A stretch of 64,000 nt of DNA. Source: a virus. This document shows, piece after piece, positions 55,381-61,474 of the stretch (position 1 is the first letter of the stretch; each line of letters opens with the position of its first letter). Location: IMG/VR virus record IMGVR_UViG_3300025597_000012, one strand, 5' to 3'. Under the pieces are notes generated by a model, which did no database searches, was not told where the DNA came from, and was given only the letters and a program-made list of their open reading frames with translations. A program made the translations under genes and the position numbers.

Positions 55381-55452
55381 TTTGCAGTTTAGTCGGCCTC
55401 TACTATACCTAGGCCGCAGAGAGTATAGACTCGTATTCCATCTACTGCAAAA
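55381..55452 (-). other. 72-nt three-way-junction element between tRNA-Gly and tRNA-Glu
   Basis: Closing stem TTTGCAG(tt)TAG/CTACTGCAAA and hairpins CGGCC-13nt-GGCCG and GAGT-ATAG-ACTC. Its size is tRNA-like, but there is no T-loop and no anticodon arm. Confidence 0.3.
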
Positions 55453-55460
55453 AGGAATTG

Positions 55461-55531
55461 AGCGAGTAGTGGGAGTCAAACCCACGCCTTAACCTTGGAA
55501 GGGTCATATGCTATCGTAACACTTCACTCGC
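55461..55531 (-). tRNA. tRNA-Gly(UCC)
   Basis: Anticodon loop CTTCCAA and T-arm GTGGG-TTTGACT-CCCAC. The 5' 21 nt overlap the HNH ORF's 3' end. Confidence 0.7.
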
Positions 55532-55942
55532 TAATGCTTCTTTATAATGTAAATCTCTATGACAATTAGCACATAAAACTTTACATTTATTTATTTCTTC
55601 TTGTAATAGTTTTTTAGAACATTTTGTTACAAGTTGTGATACTTCTGAATCTTTTTCATTTGGATTTTTATGATGAAAATCTAAAACCCAATATCTACTA
55701 TCTCCACATGATTCACAAGATAAAGTACTTTTGTATTCAGAAAACCATTTTCTAAAGTCTTGTTTATACTTTACTGCTTTTTGAATATACTTTTCTTTAT
55801 TTTTTTCGTAATGCTTTTTTCTATATTCTTTTTGACAAGCTTTACAATTACTTTGATAAAGTAAATTTTTTCTATCTTTTCTTGTAGCAAACTCCGTTAA
55901 AGGAAGTTCTTTTTTACAAATTGTACATTTTTTAATTTTCAT
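55511..55942 (-). CDS. HNH endonuclease (start trimmed to MKIKKCT)
   Basis: CxxC pairs plus DFHHKNP...CANCHRDLH. The track start at 55978 lies inside the promoter. Confidence 0.65.
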   Translation of the reverse strand: MKIKKCTICKKELPLTEFATRKDRKNLLYQSNCKACQKEYRKKHYEKNKEKYIQKAVKYKQDFRKWFSEYKSTLSCESCGDSRYWVLDFHHKNPNEKDSEVSQLVTKCSKKLLQEEINKCKVLCANCHRDLHYKEALASEVLR

Positions 55943-55947
55943 ATATG

Positions 55948-55979
55948 TAAATATACGAAAAATAATTGATACTTCCAAA
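55948..55979 (-). promoter_or_regulatory. Bacteroidota-type promoter (imperfect -7 box TATATTTA)
   Basis: Minus strand reads TTTG-N20-TATATTTA, 5 nt before ATG 55942. Confidence 0.45.
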
Positions 55980-56001
55980 TTTTATTTTATTTGGAAGGAT
56001 G

Positions 56002-56073
56002 TTGCGTAGGCTGGATTCGAACCAGCGACCTAATGGTTATGAGCCATCCGAGCTACCTCTGCTCTACCACGCA
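56002..56073 (-). tRNA. tRNA-Met(CAU) (elongator or Ile2-type; not initiator-like)
   Basis: Anticodon loop CTCATAA and T-arm GCTGG-TTCGAAT-CCAGC. There is no GGG/CCC anticodon stem. Confidence 0.75.
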
Positions 56074-56183
56074 ATTTATCCCCGGACTAGTGCGCCTTCC
56101 TCCGGGGGTGTTATTGCTTATCTTCTTCGTCAATAACTAAACCCTTTTGGGTCGGCCAACGGATACTATCCGCAGGGGGGGGG
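56074..56183 (-). other. Hairpin-dense 110-nt spacer upstream of tRNA-Met with a C9 (plus-strand G9) homopolymer
   Basis: Stems CGGA/TCCG, ACCC/GGGT, TTATTG/CAATAA and CCCCGGA/TCCGGGG. The G9 run is at about 56175-56183. Confidence 0.3.
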
Positions 56184-56396
56184 CTATCTTAATATCTTTA
56201 AACCGCTGGTAGCAGTCCAAAGAACATAATTGTTTTTCTTTACTTCACCCATTACTATTTTCTTTTCATAATTAGTAACTCGTGAAGTAGGAAGGGTAAC
56301 CAACCAGTGAATGAATTTTTCTCGTTCACCTTTGTATTTTTTAATACTGGCTATCCTACGGTATTCCTTACCGTCTTTTATGACTGTATCATTCAT
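56184..56396 (-). CDS. Hypothetical protein (70 aa)
   Basis: ORF starting 2 nt after the tRNA-Asn 3' end. Confidence 0.35.
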   Translation of the reverse strand: MNDTVIKDGKEYRRIASIKKYKGEREKFIHWLVTLPTSRVTNYEKKIVMGEVKKNNYVLWTATSGLKILR

Positions 56397-56397
56397 G

Positions 56398-56472
56398 CGG
56401 GACAGGATGGACTCGAACCAACGACCTTAGAGTTAACAGCTCTCTGCTCTCGACCAACTGAGCTACAGTCCC
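56398..56472 (-). tRNA. tRNA-Asn(GUU)
   Basis: Anticodon loop CTGTTAA. One mismatch each in the acceptor and T stems. Confidence 0.65.
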
Positions 56473-56513
56473 CTTTTGTATTTTTAACTCCACGCAGAAT
56501 ACTAACTGACCTG

Positions 56514-56587
56514 AAGCCCTGAAAGGAGTCGAACCTTCATCTAATAGTTTAGAAAACTATGACATTCATCCATTATGCTACAGGGCC
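56514..56587 (-). tRNA. tRNA-Arg(UCU)
   Basis: Anticodon loop TTTCTAA and T-arm GAAGG-TTCGACT-CCTTT. Confidence 0.8.
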
Positions 56588-56590
56588 ATG

Positions 56591-56665
56591 TACATCTGGA
56601 ATGAGTCGAACATTCGGTCTCCGTCTTGTAAGGGCGGTGCTTTCAACCAACTAAGCTACAGATGC
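56591..56665 (-). tRNA. tRNA-Val(UAC)
   Basis: Anticodon loop CTTACAA and T-arm GAATG-TTCGACT-CATTC. One C.A mismatch in the anticodon stem. Confidence 0.7.
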
Positions 56666-56720
56666 AAATATAATACTTTATTTAAAGCTTACCAAATAAA
56701 GTATGTTAAAGTTTTGTTAG

Positions 56721-56791
56721 AGGACAAGATAGGAATCGAACCTACGCTGGAGGTGTTGCAGACCTCTGCCTTACCGCTTGGCTACTTGTCC
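56721..56791 (-). tRNA. tRNA-Cys(GCA)
   Basis: Perfect acceptor GGACAAG/CTTGTCC and anticodon loop CTGCAAC. Confidence 0.8.
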
Positions 56792-56794
56792 ATG

Positions 56795-56868
56795 TGCTAC
56801 CGAAGGGACTCGAACCCATAACCTCCTGATTAAAAGTCAGAAGCTCTACACTATTGAGCTACGATAGC
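56795..56868 (-). tRNA. tRNA-Lys(UUU)
   Basis: Anticodon loop CTTTTAA and D-arm GCTC-AATAGTGTA-GAGC. Confidence 0.75.
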
Positions 56869-56872
56869 AAAT

Positions 56873-56897
56873 AAAAAACCCTCCTTTAAGGGGAGGG
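56873..56897 (-). terminator. Intrinsic terminator (attenuator) immediately 5' of tRNA-Lys
   Basis: Minus strand reads CCCTCC-CCTTAAA-GGAGGG followed by TTTTTT. It ends 4 nt before tRNA-Lys. Confidence 0.7.
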
Positions 56898-56920
56898 CTT
56901 CAGTAATATTCGTGGTTAAA

Positions 56921-57013
56921 TTAAACCAGTTCTATATCAGACATAGCTCTCCTGATGATGGTATCTCTACCCACCTCTTTACAAATCATATTTATGGCTA
57001 TGTTCTTTCTCAT
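56921..57013 (-). CDS. Leader peptide L3 (30 aa) MRKNIAINMICKEVGRDTIIRRAMSDIELV
   Basis: Hand-translated. The first 17 residues use exactly the 11 amino acids (K C V R N M G E D I A) of the 12 tRNAs between here and the next leader. All Arg codons are AGA/AGG, and Ile is encoded by ATA three times plus ATT/ATC. Confidence 0.55.
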   Translation of the reverse strand: MRKNIAINMICKEVGRDTIIRRAMSDIELV

Positions 57014-57030
57014 TTTAAATTTAAGTTATG

Positions 57031-57062
57031 CAAACTTACGACAAATATTTGGATTTTCCAAA
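57031..57062 (-). promoter_or_regulatory. Bacteroidota-type promoter of leader L3
   Basis: Minus strand reads TTTG-N20-TAAGTTTG. Confidence 0.65.
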
Positions 57063-57080
57063 TTTATTAATAGAAAATAA

Positions 57081-57281
57081 TTAAATCTTTTGTGAATATC
57101 TTTTCCAGCCTGTAACTTTATTGATAGCGTCTACTAGTTTATTGTAATCTTTACGCCAGTTTTTATAAGCTTTGGAGCGTTTATCTGATGGCTCCTTAGC
57201 GGCCTGTTCAGCTAAAAGTTCATCAGCATGACCTACGTTTACAATAATTATTTCTTTATCGTCAATCATTACTCTTTCCAT
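57081..57281 (-). CDS. Hypothetical protein (66 aa)
   Basis: ORF coupled to its upstream neighbour. Confidence 0.35.
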   Translation of the reverse strand: MERVMIDDKEIIIVNVGHADELLAEQAAKEPSDKRSKAYKNWRKDYNKLVDAINKVTGWKRYSQKI

Positions 57282-57607
57282 TACTTTATTCTTTTAATAA
57301 GTTCACCACTAAGCTCCTCATAAATTCTTGAGAATTTTTCATAACCCATTCTTATTAAGAACATTCCGTAGTTTAAAAATATCTTTACGTGCTCATCATC
57401 TTCTTTACCATAAGCTACAATATCATTTAAATTGACTACTAATGGTTTATATGTAGTTTCTGAATCATCTTCATCTTCTTCATCTTCTTCATATTTATCA
57501 CCTTTAATCAGACGTTTAGCTATTCTTGCAGCTTTGTCTTCTTCTGATTCATTGTTCTTGTCTTTAAAGACTCTTACTTTTACAAAAAATTCTACGCGTT
57601 GTGCCAT
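57281..57607 (-). CDS. Hypothetical acidic protein (108 aa)
   Basis: ORF with an EDEEDEDD tract. Confidence 0.35.
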   Translation of the reverse strand: MAQRVEFFVKVRVFKDKNNESEEDKAARIAKRLIKGDKYEEDEEDEDDSETTYKPLVVNLNDIVAYGKEDDEHVKIFLNYGMFLIRMGYEKFSRIYEELSGELIKRIK

Positions 57608-57620
57608 GTTTTTTATTTTG

Positions 57621-57736
57621 CAGTATGGGAAGGATTCGAACCTTCATAGTTTAATGTATCGTTCACTAGGAATACTTAATACTTATAAACTGCCACCGAG
57701 ACTAGGTGGTGCGTCTGCCAGTTCCGCCACCGTACT
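57621..57736 (-). tRNA. Aberrant 116-nt tRNA-like gene (identity unassigned)
   Basis: Acceptor AGTACGG/CCATACT (one mismatch), a Leu-type D-arm GCGGAACTGGCAGACGC and a canonical T-arm GAAGG-TTCGAAT-CCTTC. The anticodon loop TAGTCTC has A at position 33, and about 46 nt are inserted in the variable region. Its own promoter ends 7 nt upstream. Confidence 0.4.
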
Positions 57737-57743
57737 ATAAGTA

Positions 57744-57774
57744 CAAAGATAGTGAAAAATTTTGAGATTACAAA
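57744..57774 (-). promoter_or_regulatory. Bacteroidota-type promoter of the tRNA-like gene
   Basis: Minus strand reads TTTG-N19-TATCTTTG. Confidence 0.6.
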
Positions 57775-57776
57775 AT

Positions 57777-58544
57777 TTATAATCGACTTCCTAGAAAAAT
57801 TAATCCTCCAAATTCCAGAGCTTTTAACAAAATATTAGGTTTTTTAACAGGAGAATAGATTACTGAATTCTGTCCCATTACGTTAATAAATTGTGAACTA
57901 TGCAATACCTGAACCTGAAATTTAGGTTTAGAGAAAGGATGGAAAAATCCTCTTTTAAGTTTTACTACTCTAATATATTGAGTATCAGCTATTGAGATAG
58001 TTCCAAGATGAAATCCTGTCTTTGTGATTACTCCTGAAAGTCTTATACCTTCCTGATATTTATCTTCAACGCTATCTAAAGTTACAGCTTTAGGAACCTT
58101 AATCATATTGTTCAGGACGTAGTTATATAAAGAGGCTGTGTCTTTATATTTACTTAATTCCTTTCTAACACTGTCTATGGTAGCTGTGTCCTTATAAGGA
58201 ATGAAGGTATTATCTATATGAGCTGAGAGTTGTGCTTCGTAGTAGAATGTGACATCCTTAATTTTCTTCTCATACTTTTTAGTCAGATTAAACTTCTGGT
58301 CAGTAAGGTCTTTAATCTCAGCTTGATTATCTGTGATAATAGAAGTCTGAGTATAAACGGTTTGTTTTAACTCATTTTTAATACTGTCTAATTTTTGGTT
58401 AGCTAAGGTCAAAGAATCCAATGCCACGTTCTGACGAGCTACTTGGGATTCGTAATTACACTTGTTAAGAAAAAGACAAAGAAATAATCCAGCTATTACT
58501 GAGAAATAAATGTAGTCTTTGAAATTAATTTTAGGGAATGTCAT
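57777..58544 (-). CDS. Membrane-anchored / lipoprotein-like protein (255 aa)
   Basis: N-terminal hydrophobic segment ending ...LFLNKC. Confidence 0.4.
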   Translation of the reverse strand: MTFPKINFKDYIYFSVIAGLFLCLFLNKCNYESQVARQNVALDSLTLANQKLDSIKNELKQTVYTQTSIITDNQAEIKDLTDQKFNLTKKYEKKIKDVTFYYEAQLSAHIDNTFIPYKDTATIDSVRKELSKYKDTASLYNYVLNNMIKVPKAVTLDSVEDKYQEGIRLSGVITKTGFHLGTISIADTQYIRVVKLKRGFFHPFSKPKFQVQVLHSSQFINVMGQNSVIYSPVKKPNILLKALEFGGLIFLGSRL

Positions 58545-58558
58545 GTTTTTGATTTGTT

Positions 58559-58591
58559 CAAATATAAGGCATTTGGATACCCAAATCCAAA
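58559..58591 (-). promoter_or_regulatory. Bacteroidota-type promoter
   Basis: Minus strand reads TTTG-N21-TATATTTG, 14 nt before ATG 58544. Confidence 0.55.
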
Positions 58592-58604
58592 TCTTTTAAG
58601 TTAA

Positions 58605-59090
58605 TTAAATGTTAAGGAGTCTACAGATATAGCGGAAGGCAGATTTATCTTTACATTCTCCTTCAAAAAGTATTTTGTCACTATTATGTATTTTAAAAAT
58701 ACTTAGATATGTAGTGTCATCTTCATCTTCTTTTTGTCCATTGAAAAAATGAATAATTCTATTTTCTTTCTCCCAAAGGTATTCTCTCCAATGAATACAT
58801 CTCCATCCCTCAGCTATTATATCTTCCTTGGTAAGATAGGGTACTCTAATAAGTCCTCTTTCCAAATTGGAGGCTAAAGTTGGGCTTCCGTCTGATAAGA
58901 ATGTTTCTTTAACCCAGTTGTCCTCAAGTACCCAGTCTGCTACAGGTTGGGGATAATCCATTTTAATTAGCTGTTCCTTAGGTATATATCTAAGGAAATT
59001 TTGTTCATACTCGTACCCGTAAATAAAGTCTTCCAGTTTAGGAGTGAAATACTTACTGTCCATTGTCTTTGGTTTTATGTGAGCCGTCAC
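58605..59090 (-). CDS. Hypothetical protein (161 aa; start may be the internal MDSKYF at 59063)
   Basis: ORF. The first ATG overlaps the upstream gene by 38 nt. Confidence 0.4.
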   Translation of the reverse strand: MTAHIKPKTMDSKYFTPKLEDFIYGYEYEQNFLRYIPKEQLIKMDYPQPVADWVLEDNWVKETFLSDGSPTLASNLERGLIRVPYLTKEDIIAEGWRCIHWREYLWEKENRIIHFFNGQKEDEDDTTYLSIFKIHNSDKILFEGECKDKSAFRYICRLLNI

Positions 59091-59271
59091 AGAAGATACC
59101 GTCTTTACTTTTCCCGCAGCGGCACAGGGCTATTGTTCCGTTTTTTGAAGTATTGAAGATTCCTTGGATACCTTGATTAGGTTGTTTATCCTTAGGGTGA
59201 AGTTCAATTTCGTAGTCGGTGCATGCTATAAGAGCAGGGCCACCTTCGAGCAGTTTAATCTTTAATGCCAT
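59053..59271 (-). CDS. CDGSH-type iron-sulfur domain protein
   Basis: CRCGKSKDGIFCDGSH fits C-X-C-X2-S-X3-(P)-X-C-D-G-S-H, with Ile at the usual Pro position. Confidence 0.65.
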   Translation of the reverse strand: MALKIKLLEGGPALIACTDYEIELHPKDKQPNQGIQGIFNTSKNGTIALCRCGKSKDGIFCDGSHKTKDNGQ

Positions 59272-59295
59272 AATATATTGGTTTTTTTAGGGGTT

Positions 59296-59544
59296 TTACT
59301 GTTTTGATGTCTTCATTGATTGATTATAAGAAGGGCCAAAAAAGGAGAAGCTTGGCTTAATGTAGGAGGAGCCTTTAACGGCGTTGCCTTCCTTCTCGAT
59401 AAACTCAACAGCTTGTCTGGCCTCTTCGTTATCCCTAGAGTCAACTACAGGGATATTAAAAGTCTCACCTTTGGTATTGGTTACCTTCAGTTGGTAGGAG
59501 CGTTCTCCGGGCGTTGTAATCTTTTCGATTTTCGTCTTATTCAT
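59296..59544 (-). CDS. Hypothetical protein (82 aa)
   Basis: ORF. Confidence 0.35.
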   Translation of the reverse strand: MNKTKIEKITTPGERSYQLKVTNTKGETFNIPVVDSRDNEEARQAVEFIEKEGNAVKGSSYIKPSFSFFGPSYNQSMKTSKQ

Positions 59545-59878
59545 TTTCAGGCGTTTTAACGGGGTTAATTGAATCTGGTGTCTCGGTCTGGGGTTCTTGG
59601 GTAGTGTCGGTTAAATCGACCGTAATAGCTTCAGGGATGGTCATAGAGGCTAACTGTTCAGGAGTAATCCTAGATAAAGGGAAAACTCCATTAGGAGTAT
59701 GAACGAATATATGGTTCTCTAGGATGGCATCCTCTATATGTAATCTGCGGCATACCTGTACATAATCTATAAAGGCTTTATAGTCGGAAGTGTACTGGAT
59801 TGTATAGGTCTTGTCAATTACACCACCTGCCTGCCCAACACTATAAGCAAATCCGGGTATTAGTTTGTCTGTAATCAT
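59537..59878 (-). CDS. Hypothetical protein (start trimmed to MITDKL; possibly leaderless)
   Basis: The -7 box ends at 59884, so the ATG at 59878 is about where transcription should start. Confidence 0.35.
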   Translation of the reverse strand: MITDKLIPGFAYSVGQAGGVIDKTYTIQYTSDYKAFIDYVQVCRRLHIEDAILENHIFVHTPNGVFPLSRITPEQLASMTIPEAITVDLTDTTQEPQTETPDSINPVKTPENE

Positions 59879-59883
59879 AACCA

Positions 59884-59915
59884 CAAAGGTAGTGTTTTTC
59901 TCTCACTTAACCAAA
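59884..59915 (-). promoter_or_regulatory. Bacteroidota-type promoter, first of the leftward transcription units
   Basis: Minus strand reads TTTG-N20-TACCTTTG. Confidence 0.6.
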
Positions 59916-61435
59916 TTTAATTTGTTAAAATAGGCCCCCGGTATTTAACATTTGAAAAAGATACCCCCGTACTTACCTAAAGGGGAAATAAGGGGAGGCT
60001 CTCACTCTTAGGAACCCGGTTATAACTCCTCCCCCGCGTTCCCTTAGTCCGTGACCTATCCCCCTGCTTAAAGCCGTAACGAATTGAGAACCAGCGACTT
60101 ACAACTATTTTCAAAGTTTTTGCCCTGAATAGTTGGAAACGGTCAGCAGGATGACCTACTTTTGTCTGGTAATCCTACCACACAGCCCAAAGGGGCAAAG
60201 CAAAGTAAGGCAAGCCGCAAGGCCATCCCTGAACTGTTCGTGGCGTGATTACCCTGCATATAAACTATAGGCAAACTTTGCCTACAGTCCAAAGTATGGA
60301 ATGTCGGAATAACTGATGTTTATTGGTGTCTATGTAGCATCCAACTCAGGTGTTAGTCTACATAGGATTAAACAGTAGGCCAGTTGACCAGTCGGGGTAT
60401 TTTTATACCTAACTGCAAACCATTGGTTAATCCAAAAAACCCGTCCTTTACGCGGGCTTGCTAAAAACAGGCTCTTAAATTGGACTCCCTAAGGGGATAT
60501 GCTTATACGATTGTGTCTGCTCATGCAGGTACATCGGTCAAGGGCAAAGTGTTACCGTCATCAGAATACAGGAACAAACCTGTATACGGTAGGGGTATAT
60601 CCCAACGCAGCCGGCTTGGTACGGACTTGGCAAGTCCAAACCATGACAATACTCGGTCAAACAACCCTGCTGTCCTAAATGGGCATCATATAGGCAGGGA
60701 CTGCGAAGCAACGTAGTGGACAACTCCCTGCTTAGGGTAGGGGTATATAGTGTCCGGTGCGTAGTGTAAAGGTGGCTATTGTTACCTGAAAGCGTAACGA
60801 AAGGAATAAACTGCAAAGTTTTTGAGGCTCGTCATGTACTAACGGGCTATTTTGCGTGTAGAATAATATTCAACCACGTTTCTGAATAGTACAAAGTAAG
60901 GTAAGCTACCTGCGAAAACGGTCTAAACGGGCTAATTGCACCCGCAAGGATTAGACTAAACTCACAATTATTTCTATAATTGAGTATAAAGCGGAAGCAC
61001 TCTTGTCATTTAGTGACAGGACTAATCTGCAAGTAAGGTATGAGGGTGGCCGCAAGGTTGCACCCTCATGTCGGGGTCAAATCCGGCGGAAGGCTCATAA
61101 CTTTCCGCCTTACCACATTTGGACACGGACGGATAACACAATAGGGGATGGGGCACGTCAAAGCACTACTAATGTAGGCGAGCACGGCACTCATTCCCTT
61201 GTTGTGTTAAAGTTGTGTTACATTTTACGTTATGTAAAGCCAGCAGTGTGCCGCGAGGTTCTTTTGCTGGCTCAATGTACTGAAAGAGAACCGTTTGCGG
61301 GTTGTTCCGTATGGGTCGGTATGTCCATATCTTTTGCTCGTAAATTGTTGATTTTCAATGTTTCAAAGGCTCTCATTAGTTATTACTGGGTCTTTATGGG
61401 GGGTGTGTCGGTACTGTCCTGCACACCCCTTTTCT
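59916..61435 (+). ncRNA. Candidate large structured RNA locus (one or several RNAs), identity unknown
   Basis: About 1.5 kb with no credible ORF and visibly higher GC. More than 20 local hairpins are present. Several are capped by GNRA loops only when read on the plus strand: gcc-GCAA-ggc at ~60212, cc-GCAA-gg at ~60943, GAGGGTG..cc-GCAA-gg..CACCCTC at ~61042-61067, and GCCAGCA..cc-GCGA-gg..TGCTGGC at ~61239-61271. The region ends in an intrinsic terminator. Confidence 0.35.
61398..61435 (+). terminator. Intrinsic terminator (plus strand)
   Basis: GGGGTGTG (61400-61407) pairs with CACACCCC (61422-61429), followed by TTTTCT. Confidence 0.65.
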
Positions 61436-61474
61436 ATTAGGATTATCGTGCCTCTTATGGCATAATGATACAAT

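Noticed and set aside
59921-59950. Possible plus-strand promoter TTTG-N21-TAACATTTG at the start of the structured region
   Set aside because: The -7 element has three rather than two spacer bases (TAnnnTTTG) and so does not fit the motif used elsewhere. I left it unannotated.
60480-61440. ORFs 60480..60716+, 60538..60816- and 61003..61440+ (145 aa, non-ATG start) in the GC-richer noncoding stretch
   Set aside because: The compositions are implausible (R/C/G/H-rich). They overlap each other on both strands. The longest needs a TTG start and runs through the intrinsic terminator hairpin. The dense hairpins explain the sequence better.
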